A stretch of DNA of 64,000 nucleotides from a virus (Duplodnaviria; Caudoviricetes): positions 1,297 to 65,296 of IMG/VR virus record IMGVR_UViG_3300001598_001736, one strand, 5' to 3'. Position 1 is the stretch's first letter; every line of letters begins with the position of its first letter. The notes beneath the pieces were generated by a model that had not been told where the DNA came from, made no database searches, and was given only the letters and a program-made list of their open reading frames with translations. The position numbers were made by a program, and so were the translations under genes. Below, piece by piece: positions 27,584 through 37,558 of the stretch.

Positions 27584-28840
27584 TTACCTTCCTTTACGTT
27601 TCCATACCCTCTCAAGAGCATAACGAATACAGTCTATTGAGTGATTGTTTTCATCGGGATAGCCGCTTATAATCTCTCCATCTGAGGTACGGTCATATTC
27701 GTACTTTTGGAATTCTTCTGCTGTGGCAGGGCAGCGGATGGGGTCAATTACTATTGCCTTAAGAGATTGGAGCCACTTGATACCATATCTAACTGAATCG
27801 GGTCCTTTTTCTGCTCCTCTGCAATTTGAGCCATATTCCCTGTAATCTCCAACACTTTTAGGCTCTGCACTATCAGCTGTTATAAGGTCGGATCCGGTCA
27901 CGCCTTTTTCTGCTTGAAGTATTTCCCATGTCTCTCTGTTACTCTTTTTGTTGGCTCTTAATTCATCATAAACATAAAGAGTAAGCCGAGCTGCGTCATA
28001 ATGCATTTTGCACCAATGAAACGGGTCTGGGTACCAACCCCAGTCAATTCCCATATAGATGTTATCAAACCGCATTATTTCTTTATCTGAAATCGCACGA
28101 ATATCCAGGTTTTCAAATACTTCTCCGCCGGTACCGACAGCATTTCCGAGGTATTCATGCTCATAGGCTCTTGGGTTTATTTCTTTGAGATATTCCGCAT
28201 CGTTAAGGAATTGCTCCCCGAGCCATTCTTTCGGGACTTGATTATAACAAGACTTATGTCTCAATGAATCGTCTCTCGGCTTGAGAACATATTGGTTTGC
28301 CCAGTTCGTTTTGCTTATAGGCGGGTTAAAGGATTTGAACACAACAAATTTTGTGCCGCCACGCATAACAGACTGTTGAACACTTCGGATTTCTTCCTCA
28401 CCGGAGAATTCATCCAATTCCTCAAACCAAAGATATTTGAAATATCCGTGAGCTACTTTAACTGATTTAAGTTTTTTCGCCTTATCGAGTCCACGGAAAA
28501 TAATAACCTGCCCGGTAGGCAGGTATGTAAGTTTATATGGGCTTGTTGTTGGCTTCCAAAGTTTATCGGCACCGAGTGCGTTTATGCCCCATTGAACCTG
28601 TTCAAAAACACTGGTACCTATCGTTGAACCAACCTTTCGGAATACCATAGCATTAGCATTCGGGTCTTGCATTATTCCGAGAGGTATTTCAGTTCCGATG
28701 AAAGATGACTTTGTGCTGCCACGACCGCCGTATAAATCATAATAGGTGTGCTTTTCATCAACAATATCCCAATGAACAGGGTAAAACTGCGGTGCAATAA
28801 TACTTGAAAGGCGAACACCATTATCAGCGTTAATCATCAT
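27584..28840 (-). CDS. terL: Terminase large subunit (PBSX family)
   Basis: GGRGSTKS Walker A, WFEELDE Walker B, GIDWG and NHSIDCIRYA nuclease motifs. Confidence 0.95.
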   Translation of the reverse strand: MMINADNGVRLSSIIAPQFYPVHWDIVDEKHTYYDLYGGRGSTKSSFIGTEIPLGIMQDPNANAMVFRKVGSTIGTSVFEQVQWGINALGADKLWKPTTSPYKLTYLPTGQVIIFRGLDKAKKLKSVKVAHGYFKYLWFEELDEFSGEEEIRSVQQSVMRGGTKFVVFKSFNPPISKTNWANQYVLKPRDDSLRHKSCYNQVPKEWLGEQFLNDAEYLKEINPRAYEHEYLGNAVGTGGEVFENLDIRAISDKEIMRFDNIYMGIDWGWYPDPFHWCKMHYDAARLTLYVYDELRANKKSNRETWEILQAEKGVTGSDLITADSAEPKSVGDYREYGSNCRGAEKGPDSVRYGIKWLQSLKAIVIDPIRCPATAEEFQKYEYDRTSDGEIISGYPDENNHSIDCIRYALERVWKRKGR

Positions 28841-29339
28841 TTGGATTCGTCTCTCCTTGTGCTTCTCTTGGTATATCGCAGATTATAACAACAGAAGAGT
28901 TTGCCGATTCGTCTTGTTTTTCGTTTTCTTCAATAACCATTTCTCGGCTTTGGCGTTCAAGTTCTGTTGCCATTTCAACAAATTCACGAATGCTTTTTGC
29001 GTCCAGCCTTCTCGGGTCAAAATCTTTAAGAGCTTCCAAAGCCTTAGCTTGAAATGTTGTAGCAATTTTTGCGTGCCTTTCATACATTTCTTTTCGACTT
29101 TTTTCGGCTTGCTTTTTTGCTTGTTTTTCAAGGTCGTTGTCGTATTCTCTTACTCTTTCGGACCAGTTCCACATATCAGCCCATCTACGAATAAGAGTGT
29201 AACTTTTATGCAACTCTTCTGAAACAGAGATTAGGGTGCGTTCGAGACCTTTATCTCGGTACTTGACAAATGCCTGAAATGCCTGTTCGCTTTCTTTTTC
29301 CTGGCGTTCCCAAGCATTGATTTTATTGTTATTTGTCAT
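28830..29339 (-). CDS. terS: Terminase small subunit
   Basis: WERQEKESEQAFQAFVKYRD...WNWSERVREYD HTH-like N-terminus; overlaps terL start. Confidence 0.75.
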   Translation of the reverse strand: MTNNNKINAWERQEKESEQAFQAFVKYRDKGLERTLISVSEELHKSYTLIRRWADMWNWSERVREYDNDLEKQAKKQAEKSRKEMYERHAKIATTFQAKALEALKDFDPRRLDAKSIREFVEMATELERQSREMVIEENEKQDESANSSVVIICDIPREAQGETNPNDD

Positions 29340-29402
29340 TCCCTCCTCTCCTTTTCTTTCAAATTTTTTCGAGAATTGCAAGGCAGGGAATAGTCAAGAA
29401 TT

Positions 29403-29726
29403 TCAACCTTTGGATTTACCGTATTTGTCAACATGGAAAGTGTCTTCCCAACCTCGGTATTTATCTCTCTCGACTACATCAGGAGTACATCGCTTGTTGC
29501 ATCGCTTTTTATCCCTTTTACAAATACACACGGTCTTTCCGTCTTTATAGTCGATGAATACCTTTATGTATTCAACTCCGGGTTTCTTATTCAAGCTATC
29601 CCTCCTTGCGTTTGGTGTGAGTTTATTATCTTTTTCAGACGGAATGCAAACCAACCATTGCAACGCACGGAATAACCCCATAAAGCGAATTATGCTGAGA
29701 TACCGAGTTATCACATTCTCAAACAT
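29403..29726 (-). CDS. Hypothetical Cys-containing protein (start uncertain)
   Basis: Only co-directional ORF between the ParB cassette and terS. Confidence 0.45.
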   Translation of the reverse strand: MFENVITRYLSIIRFMGLFRALQWLVCIPSEKDNKLTPNARRDSLNKKPGVEYIKVFIDYKDGKTVCICKRDKKRCNKRCTPDVVERDKYRGWEDTFHVDKYGKSKG

Positions 29727-29813
29727 AACAAAGCGCTCTGCGGGGCTATAATTGTTTCATATGGTCAAATTGTTTTCTTAAACATTCCCACTCTGTTAAT
29801 GCAAATATACAGT

Positions 29814-30335
29814 TTAGACTTTCGTAAGAATTTCTGCACGGCTATAAACTTTACCCTGTGCCATAAGATTGATGAAATCATCTTTTGAAAAGTCTGAAAG
29901 TCTAAACACTTCTTCCGGCTTCATTCCGAGTTGTTTTCCAATCTCTTTTACCGTCTTTCCTTCATCAAGAAGTTTCTTGACTATTGCTTTCATCGGTTCC
30001 AGCAAATGTGTTCCTCTTGCTCTGTTATGGGTGATTGTTCCATACATATCTTCGCTCTCGTTGTCGTGTGCCACGATAACAACAGGTACTTTCCCGCCGA
30101 GTTTTGATATCAGAGGTTCACGCCCGGAAACTGTCCAACGGTGGAAGCCGTCAATTATTGTATAGTCAGGACGGACAACAATAGGAAGTGTCCATCCGTT
30201 TGTAAGAATAGATTGAACAAGGAGCTGCATATTCTCTTCGCTAACCTTATTGGGGTTATAATCGTTTGCGTGCAGCATTGTTCTGTCAACCCATTGAAGC
30301 GATTCAAGAGGGGAGAACAGATTCATCTCTGCCAT
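29814..30335 (-). CDS. IbrB/YbdM-like ParB/Srx-domain protein
   Basis: ANDYNPN...GWTLPIVV...IIDGFHR...TITHNRARGTH. Confidence 0.85.
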   Translation of the reverse strand: MAEMNLFSPLESLQWVDRTMLHANDYNPNKVSEENMQLLVQSILTNGWTLPIVVRPDYTIIDGFHRWTVSGREPLISKLGGKVPVVIVAHDNESEDMYGTITHNRARGTHLLEPMKAIVKKLLDEGKTVKEIGKQLGMKPEEVFRLSDFSKDDFINLMAQGKVYSRAEILTKV

Positions 30336-31489
30336 TATTGATCACCCCCTTCCAATCTGAATCGTTTTGCGTACTGTGCATACGCTCCGTAAACATCTTG
30401 GTAGATGGCTCGCAATGTTCTGAGTTTGGGATCTCCTGCAATAAGTGCATCGTGCATCTTTCGGTAATCCCTTGGTCTTGCCATTCCGTCAACTTTGGTA
30501 TAGAGGCGTTTATATTGCTTGCAAACATTCTGTGTTGTCTTATTTGTAAACAGTTTGTCCGCATCAACAAAAAGCATTTGTTTTACAAGTGCTTTATAAT
30601 CCTTGTCGGATGTACTTTCTTGTTTGGCCCTTTTTCTTGTAGAACGCTTATACCATTCGGAATCCCAATACAGTAGAACCATATATGCATTGGGTTCTCG
30701 CTTTTCAATCCGAGCCCATAAATCCGGGTCTGTCTCCGCAACATGCCTGAGACCGGCAAGCGAATCTATTCCGAAAAAGTTTGATATTCTTAATGCGTGT
30801 TTATTTACGCCCTCTTGATACAACCATAAATATGCTTCAGGCACATCAAGTTTATTGTCTCTGATATACATCCACACATCGTTGTCTTTCCAGTCATATA
30901 TCGGGTATATGGTATTCGTACCCGTAATGCCTTGAACGCCAATGTTTAATGCAGACATATATTGCAGCCGCTGAACCGATTCAGCGGCTCTCACGCCTGT
31001 CATCATAATTCCGTTCTTTGTAACCTTAGGAAGAAACGTCTGATAATTCATTTCTCCGATTTTGGTTAAATACGGACTGCTCATAATTGCAAATGCCGGC
31101 GGCTTGCGTACCCAAATATCTTCCTTGCCCGGTTCCCAGGTTACCCAGCTTTCCTCGTTTGTGAGAGAATTAAGGCAACACACCTGTTTGAACGGCAAGC
31201 AGTACCATCTGAATTCCGCTCCAACAAGCATAAATTTCTTTCGCCAATATTTCATTGATTCGATTGAGCAATCATATATTGCCTCTTCATCAATGAATAT
31301 GCAAATAAGCTGTTTTGGATTTATCTCGCCTCGCTGAATGAGCTGATATGTAATATCGGCCATACAGATTGAGTCTTTGCCGCCGGATAAGCTCATATAC
31401 ACCGTAAGCCCGTTGGAGAATACATTTCGTATTCTTTGATATGCAGCTTCGACACAGCTGATAGAACCTTGCGCTCTCTTTACAGCCAT
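30335..31489 (-). CDS. IbrA/YbdN-like PAPS-reductase-family (PP-loop) protein
   Basis: SLSGGKDS PP-loop, GVRAAESVQR, YPIYDWKDNDVW. Confidence 0.85.
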   Translation of the reverse strand: MAVKRAQGSISCVEAAYQRIRNVFSNGLTVYMSLSGGKDSICMADITYQLIQRGEINPKQLICIFIDEEAIYDCSIESMKYWRKKFMLVGAEFRWYCLPFKQVCCLNSLTNEESWVTWEPGKEDIWVRKPPAFAIMSSPYLTKIGEMNYQTFLPKVTKNGIMMTGVRAAESVQRLQYMSALNIGVQGITGTNTIYPIYDWKDNDVWMYIRDNKLDVPEAYLWLYQEGVNKHALRISNFFGIDSLAGLRHVAETDPDLWARIEKREPNAYMVLLYWDSEWYKRSTRKRAKQESTSDKDYKALVKQMLFVDADKLFTNKTTQNVCKQYKRLYTKVDGMARPRDYRKMHDALIAGDPKLRTLRAIYQDVYGAYAQYAKRFRLEGGDQ

Positions 31490-32079
31490 ATCTTCTCACC
31501 ACATTTCGGGCAAACAACAAATTTGCCGGAAGAAGGTGCTTCCGGCTCTGCGTTGTATTGTGTATTGACAGGCTGCTCATACTGTACCGTCACTGTAGGC
31601 GGCTTGATGTTTTCACTCTGCTTTTCGATTGTCTCTTTCAGCTCATCATCGACAAGACCATATGATGACATTATATCGTCAACATCATCAGCGTCTGCAA
31701 TGAGCGTTTGTAGAAGGTCTTCGTCATAACCGGGAACATCAAGGTCATCACCGAGTTCAGCAATAATTTCATCAAACGCTTTCATGTCATCAACGCCGAG
31801 ATCGAATATTCGATTATCTGCCAACATAAGCTTTTTCTTTTCCTTATCTGACAGCCCGGCAGCAACATAACAGTCCGCATCTGACCTTCCCATTGAAACG
31901 AGCGTTTCATAAAGACCGTTGCCGGCAAGGATGAAGTTATCTTCGTCAACAACTATCGGTCTTATCTGACCGAACATTTCAACAGAACGGCGGAATTCGG
32001 CAATCTGCTTATCTGTGTGCATTCGCACATTCTTTTCGGGGTGTTTCAGCTCCGACAGTGCCTTTTTTACTACTTTCAT
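31480..32079 (-). CDS. ParB/Srx-domain protein with C-terminal CPKCG
   Basis: HPEKNVRMH...FGQIRPIVVDE...ILAGNG...MLADNR. Confidence 0.85.
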   Translation of the reverse strand: MKVVKKALSELKHPEKNVRMHTDKQIAEFRRSVEMFGQIRPIVVDEDNFILAGNGLYETLVSMGRSDADCYVAAGLSDKEKKKLMLADNRIFDLGVDDMKAFDEIIAELGDDLDVPGYDEDLLQTLIADADDVDDIMSSYGLVDDELKETIEKQSENIKPPTVTVQYEQPVNTQYNAEPEAPSSGKFVVCPKCGEKIWL

Positions 32080-32083
32080 TTTT

Positions 32084-32863
32084 TCACCCCCTCTCTTTGA
32101 GGAAGTGACTGGCACTTTCTATCTTTTCGGCTGCCTTCTGAACGATTGACGGATCTATGTCGTAAACTTCGCTCCATCCGTTCTCAACACTGCCGGTATA
32201 CATACGGGACGGCCACGGGTGTGTTCCACATCGGAAGCCATTCTTCCAACCATATATCGGCGGCAGCTCAATGTTGTTATAGTAAATAAATGCAAGAATC
32301 ATTTCGTGGGACCAATCTGCAAGAGGCGAATAACGGATTTCGCCGGAACCTTTTCTCAAAGTTCCGTCTGGTCCGACAATATTTCCATCTGCTTTTCGGT
32401 GACCTACGATAATGAAATCAAGATTATTGTCAAAAAAGTATTTTGTGAATGCGGCTCTCTGCACAATCTGATACCAACGGTTAAGCTTTTTGCCTTTCGG
32501 AAATATCATATCTTCGTGCTTTGCAAGCCAGTCAAGGTCAAGCGGAATATGAATTGTTTCACACTCGTTCGGCTTGTTTTTCATACACCAATCAAGGAAT
32601 TCAGGATATTCAAGGTCGGTATAAGCAAACATTGACTTGTTTATTCCGGCTAACTCACAAATTTTGCTAAGGACAATACTGTCCTTACCACCGCTCCACG
32701 CATAAGCTACATTCTTTCCATCTGTTGCCGATTTGAGCGTTTTTACGGTCGTTGCAACAGCGTTATCGAGCTCTTCTTTGGTAATAAGTTCATCTATGTG
32801 CTTGAATACTTCAATCCATCTCTCGTTGTCTGAGGTCTGTTTGCGGCCAAGTGTTCTTTTCAT
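32084..32863 (-). CDS. Second PAPS-reductase-family (PP-loop) protein
   Basis: AWSGGKDS, GHRKADGN, SPLADWS; start overlaps transporter stop (ATGA). Confidence 0.82.
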   Translation of the reverse strand: MKRTLGRKQTSDNERWIEVFKHIDELITKEELDNAVATTVKTLKSATDGKNVAYAWSGGKDSIVLSKICELAGINKSMFAYTDLEYPEFLDWCMKNKPNECETIHIPLDLDWLAKHEDMIFPKGKKLNRWYQIVQRAAFTKYFFDNNLDFIIVGHRKADGNIVGPDGTLRKGSGEIRYSPLADWSHEMILAFIYYNNIELPPIYGWKNGFRCGTHPWPSRMYTGSVENGWSEVYDIDPSIVQKAAEKIESASHFLKERG

Positions 32864-33855
32864 ACCTTCGCCGCCTTTCTTTTGGAAATACAGTTCCAAG
32901 TCAAAGCGACGGCAATGGCACCAATGACGATGTATATTCTGATACTTGCCATAAGCGTCCATGCGCCCATAACACCGAGAGGTATTAAGAATTGCCACAA
33001 TGTAGCTGTAATAGCGTTAATAGCAAGCCCAAGCTTTTTACCAAATGTAATATAAATGCTATACAGGAACGAGGAAAGAGAAGAAACTGCAATGAGTGTA
33101 ACAAGTATTGCCTTTATCACATTCAAAACTGGATTAAACACGGCAAGGCTCATAAGGAATATGAACACAAGATAGAATCCGAAAATAAGGCCACCATTGA
33201 CAAATGCTTTCCTGATGTTGATTTTGTTTGTTCCGTCTTCATTGTTATCGTTGTAATCCAACAGTTCATAATAGTACGGATATAGAAACGCTCCCGGTAT
33301 AAGCAGTATGCAATTTTTAATTCCCACTCCTACGCTGTCAACTCCGGAAACAAGAGAAACATATTCGCCGTTTGAAGTTGAAAGTGCAACGATTGTGAGG
33401 GCAAACACAATAGCATATACGGCAGTCCAACTCATATGGTCTGTAAGCACATTTCTTATCATTCCATACTTAAAAAGAATGATGATAAAGAACACCGCAA
33501 AGGCAAGGGCGATAAAGATACCGATATTTTTTCCAAGTATAGTGTCTGCGAAAACCTGCTGTATTCCGTTCATTGAAATCCAGCATTGGAAAGGACACAT
33601 AATGCCCATAATTATTTTCATCGGCTTGCTTTTGAATACTTCCCGTAATTTGGGAATTTTAGGAGCTAATAGCCCAAAGACAATACAAGCTAATGTATTG
33701 CCGAGTGCCCAAAGCAAAAATGGGATTATTCCATTATTTTGCGATGTTGTTATTCCGTTGAGCAAACTTCCTGCATTTGCCCAGGTTGCCGCTATACTCA
33801 TCGAATAATAGAACGATGGATTTGATTTATAGCGGGTTTTCAATTTTGAAAACAT
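32860..33855 (-). CDS. Multi-pass membrane protein, sodium:solute-symporter-like (331 aa)
   Basis: SMSIAATWANAGSLL resembles an SSS N-terminal helix; about ten hydrophobic segments; start after AAAGGAGG. Confidence 0.65.
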   Translation of the reverse strand: MFSKLKTRYKSNPSFYYSMSIAATWANAGSLLNGITTSQNNGIIPFLLWALGNTLACIVFGLLAPKIPKLREVFKSKPMKIIMGIMCPFQCWISMNGIQQVFADTILGKNIGIFIALAFAVFFIIILFKYGMIRNVLTDHMSWTAVYAIVFALTIVALSTSNGEYVSLVSGVDSVGVGIKNCILLIPGAFLYPYYYELLDYNDNNEDGTNKINIRKAFVNGGLIFGFYLVFIFLMSLAVFNPVLNVIKAILVTLIAVSSLSSFLYSIYITFGKKLGLAINAITATLWQFLIPLGVMGAWTLMASIRIYIVIGAIAVALTWNCISKRKAAKV

Positions 33856-33974
33856 ACTGTTTTCCTCCTTTAATATTCGGTATATCTGTTGGCGTACAGA
33901 TATCCAAGTCGCCGCTACGCAAGGAGCAACATAACGACCGTATTTCTCTTTTCTATCCTCCTTCGCATAAAAAT

Positions 33975-33999
33975 ACCGACAGGCTTTTGTCCTGTCGGT
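33975..33999 (-). terminator. Terminator-like hairpin in late leader
   Basis: accgacagg / cctgtcggt 9-bp stem followed by ATTTTT on the minus strand. Confidence 0.55.
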
Positions 34000-34024
34000 T
34001 GCTACGATAGAATTCAATAATATC

Positions 34025-34058
34025 ATAATAGCACATAGTAAGCGGACAAAACGGACAA
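34025..34058 (-). promoter_or_regulatory. Putative activator-dependent late promoter
   Basis: Extended -10 TG-C-TATTAT (34033-34025) with two TTGTCCG direct repeats (34043-49, 34052-58) in place of a -35, right after the activator stop. Confidence 0.6.
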
Positions 34059-34060
34059 GA

Positions 34061-34465
34061 TTAGTTTTGCTCGGTTTTTTTCAGATACCTGTTGCACGCC
34101 TTGCGTACACTGTCTTCTGTGTTATTACCGCCGATATGTAACGCAATCTGCTGCCATGTCATTAAATCTACAAATCTATATGACATAATCAGACGAATCT
34201 GATAATCTTCGACTGACTGAATGTATTCTTCAATAACAATTCGTTCCCTTATGTACTGTTCTTGCTGCTTCTGAATACGCTCTTTCACTTCTATAATAAG
34301 AGGGACTATTGTCTCCATTTTATTTTTTGGTGAAGGATTTCTCGGCATTCCGCTTAAATTCATCCCGCTCGGTTGTAACTGAGCTTCAAGTTCTGACAGC
34401 TTTATGGTATCTCGTTCTATCAGTTTATGTAGATAATACAATTTACTTAATTCCCTAACCGTCAT
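34061..34465 (-). CDS. ArpU/RinA-like late transcriptional activator
   Basis: IEEYIQSVEDYQIRLIMSYRFVDLMTWQQIALHIG sigma-region-4-like HTH; last gene of the early region. Confidence 0.75.
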   Translation of the reverse strand: MTVRELSKLYYLHKLIERDTIKLSELEAQLQPSGMNLSGMPRNPSPKNKMETIVPLIIEVKERIQKQQEQYIRERIVIEEYIQSVEDYQIRLIMSYRFVDLMTWQQIALHIGGNNTEDSVRKACNRYLKKTEQN

Positions 34466-34494
34466 ATCTTCGACCTCGCTTTCCTCTTGCAGAG

Positions 34495-35038
34495 TTATTT
34501 TTCGATTGATTTGTTTTCTGCTTCAATATAATTTTTCCCAATTTCAATACTGGCAAGAAGACGACATCTTTTACAAATTTCGCACGGTTCATCGTCATCT
34601 TCTCCTTTCTGATATCCAAGACATTTGTTTATATTGAAGAGTCGTTCAGGCTCGCCTTCTCCTTTTTTTACCATCTTTTTGATAAGTGAACAGTTTTCAA
34701 GTGTTTTTGTCATATTCGTTCTCCTGTTGAATTGTTCTCAAGGATTCCCATTCATCATACCAATCGTGTTCATGATTGCGGCAGTCCTCTCTGTTGTCAT
34801 ATAAATAGCCTTTACGAAAGCCATACGCTTCACCACAAAAGTGATAATCTCCTTGTACAATTCCACGACCGTTCCTCACAAGATATATTTCTTTTTCATT
34901 ATTGTAGCCGATATCAGTTATTGAAACCCTTTGCACCCGGTCTCTATTGTCTAAAACATAGTATTCCCAGTCATCGAGGCTCGGATCTCTCGGGTTTGGA
35001 AGATAACTCTCAATCATTCGTTTTTCTTGTTCAGTCAT
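34495..35038 (-). CDS. Two small hypothetical phage proteins (34495-34713, 34697-35038)
   Basis: Tightly packed co-directional ORFs. Confidence 0.55.
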
Positions 35039-35093
35039 TTTATGTACTCCTTTGTTTGATTAAGCCTTGCAAACTTTTTGAGCTCATAACCTG

Positions 35094-35495
35094 TTACTCT
35101 ATGTATTCAAGCGTTGAAAAGATATCTTTTGGGACATCGTTTTTCCATACATAATTATTTTTTAGGATATAATTGTTGTATGTGCTTGCCGTTTTGTTTG
35201 CACGCATTTTCGCCTGTTCGGCCCACCCCTGTTTTTCCGTGCTTTCTGATTCTTTGTATTGTTCATAAGTGAGCTTATCGGAATTGTATGATGAAATCAT
35301 CGCCCTGCAAGTATCTTCAACTTTTTTCCGTGTTTCATAAAGGGTGTCATCGTCAGCTTCCCGGAGTCTGTGAAAATAGGTGTTATAGATTTCTCTGCCG
35401 GTCGGAGTTGCTCTAAAAAACACGGTTGACACAACGCCGATGAGCAACACGAACGACAAGAGCGATGCAAGAACAATTGTCAAAACTTTATTCAT
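35094..35495 (-). CDS. N-terminally membrane-anchored helical protein
   Basis: MNKVLTIVLASLLSFVLLIGVVSTVFF followed by helical domain. Confidence 0.7.
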   Translation of the reverse strand: MNKVLTIVLASLLSFVLLIGVVSTVFFRATPTGREIYNTYFHRLREADDDTLYETRKKVEDTCRAMISSYNSDKLTYEQYKESESTEKQGWAEQAKMRANKTASTYNNYILKNNYVWKNDVPKDIFSTLEYIE

Positions 35496-35496
35496 A

Positions 35497-36069
35497 TTAC
35501 TTGCTCTCTCCTATCTCAACAACAGGATTACTTATTTCAAACGGAATGTCAGAATACAGATAATCGCCGCTCCATTCGACATACTTCCCGTCTGTGGTGA
35601 AAAAGAATATACCCGAATCGTTTTCGCCGTAGCTACCGTCTACATCGGCAAGCCAGTTATTTTCTCTTTCATATGTTCCACCATAAACAAGTTCATAATA
35701 TTCGCTATCAGGAGTAAGGAAACTGTTTAAGCTCGTAACTTTACCGTCAACTGTGAATTTGCCGACAACTGCATTGCCGGAAAAAAGAACAATATACCCG
35801 AGCGGTTTCTCAATCTCGCACGGTAAAGCATTTGCCTTTTCTCGATTACCGTTTACCCAATATGTTCGTCTGATGAGATTGTATCGTTCAAGAGAGTAGT
35901 CAATGTCTGTCGGTGTCGGCTGATTTCCCTGAAGCTTGTTTGCTATATCTTTCATACTTTCGGTGTCAGCCTCACTACCTTTAGGCAGCGAAGATGAACA
36001 ACCAACCAAAAGAACTGCTGAAAGCAGAACTCCAATGCACAGAATTATTGCAATTATTTTTTTATTCAT
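35497..36069 (-). CDS. Phage lipoprotein
   Basis: Signal peptide with lipobox LLVGC (Cys24). Confidence 0.75.
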   Translation of the reverse strand: MNKKIIAIILCIGVLLSAVLLVGCSSSLPKGSEADTESMKDIANKLQGNQPTPTDIDYSLERYNLIRRTYWVNGNREKANALPCEIEKPLGYIVLFSGNAVVGKFTVDGKVTSLNSFLTPDSEYYELVYGGTYERENNWLADVDGSYGENDSGIFFFTTDGKYVEWSGDYLYSDIPFEISNPVVEIGESK

Positions 36070-36152
36070 ATTGAATTCTCCTTTTTTGTTTTGTTTGATT
36101 TTTAAGCTCAAAAAGTTTGCAAGGCTTAATCGTTGCCGATTGAAGCCACGAT

Positions 36153-37558
36153 TTATTTATGTCGTTTGTTTCTGTTAATCACAGCTTCGTATCGCATATC
36201 TCTAATTCTGTCTTGTTCCGCCTGAGGTAACAACTGAAACTGCAAATCATCTATATCCGAATTCATTATCTTTTTCCACCCGGCAAGGATTTCTAACGCT
36301 ATTTCTTCGGCCGACATCTCATTGTCAATGGCTTCGGTACCGTCTCTCATTGCGTGAAGCAGTTTATAATATTCATCTTCCTCAATAGCGCCCCAACCGT
36401 AGGCATCTTGCAATTCTGATTCGGATTTATACTCGGTAAGATTTTGTTTGCGCTCTTCCCGTTCAGCCTTCTGCTTATCGGTTATTTTCTTAATTGATTT
36501 GATTGCACTTTCGAGCTTTTTAGCAATAATCTTTCTTGATTTGATTTCGATTTTTATATTCCTTATTTCTTCTTTTGTCATGTTACTACCTCGGTTAGCT
36601 CTGATTTATTTTTTCAAGTGCTGCATTGAACATCATAAGATATAATTCGATAATTCCAGTTCTTTCTCTGCCAAAATGTGCTTCATATAGTGAATATTCG
36701 TCCTCGGTGAATTTTGCAAGAGTGTCCATGCCTTTCTGACTTATTCCGGTTTCGTCATCAAAGCAATCAAAAACATCAGAGAAAAAGTCTTCAAACATAT
36801 CATCAATATAATCATAGCCATAGTCCTCTGATATACTGAGGAGATTTTTAAGCTCTTCAACGCCGCCGAAATAATCAATAATATCATTCTTTGCCTTTGT
36901 GTCTGAATAAAAATATAAATCTCTACTGTGACAATCTATCTTTTCTTCAAAATAACCGGGATTGTAGGCAAAATCCTTGAATCCTTCAAATGTCATATTT
37001 CTGTAATTGGTCGCAATAAGCTCACCTAAATCTCCCGAAATATGCAGTCGACAGTAATCCTCTTCAAAAAGAAATCGGATCCTATATTCATTCGATTTTG
37101 GATTTTTGAAATCTAAAATTTTAATATTACCATAATCAACAAATTCAGCTTTATGGTTTGCAATTCTGAGCTTTTGCTTTTCCAAATCAATCATATTTCT
37201 CAGTTTCCTTTACTTTGTATTCGGCTTCTTCTTTGGTAAGAAATACAGTCGCACCTATATCCTCAGGCTCAAAGTCAATGTCTGCAAGCAATTCGTCATT
37301 TTCATTATCGTGGCAGTTACCACAATATTGTACAAGTGGCTCTTTTTCGCCATATGTGATAATAATTTGCTCCACCAAAAATGGAAGCACAACACCGAAG
37401 CATTCTTCAAATGCATATACGGTATCTCCGATTTTGCACAGCGGAACGATTATTCCGTTATCGAGCAGATAATCTGCTACAACTTCCGCTGGGTCAGCAT
37501 CCAAATGAGGATGAATCGGTACTTTAAGTATTTCAATCAGTTTTTCTCTGGATGTCAT
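36153..37558 (-). CDS. Three hypothetical phage proteins (36153-36581, 36595-37194, 37187-37558)
   Basis: Co-directional, tightly packed ORFs with RBS-like sequences. Confidence 0.6.

Noticed and set aside
30335-32863. PAPS-reductase-like genes as auxiliary sulfate-assimilation (cysH) genes
   Set aside because: No sat/cysC/cysIJ context; they pair with ParB domains in IbrAB fashion, pointing to a non-metabolic role.
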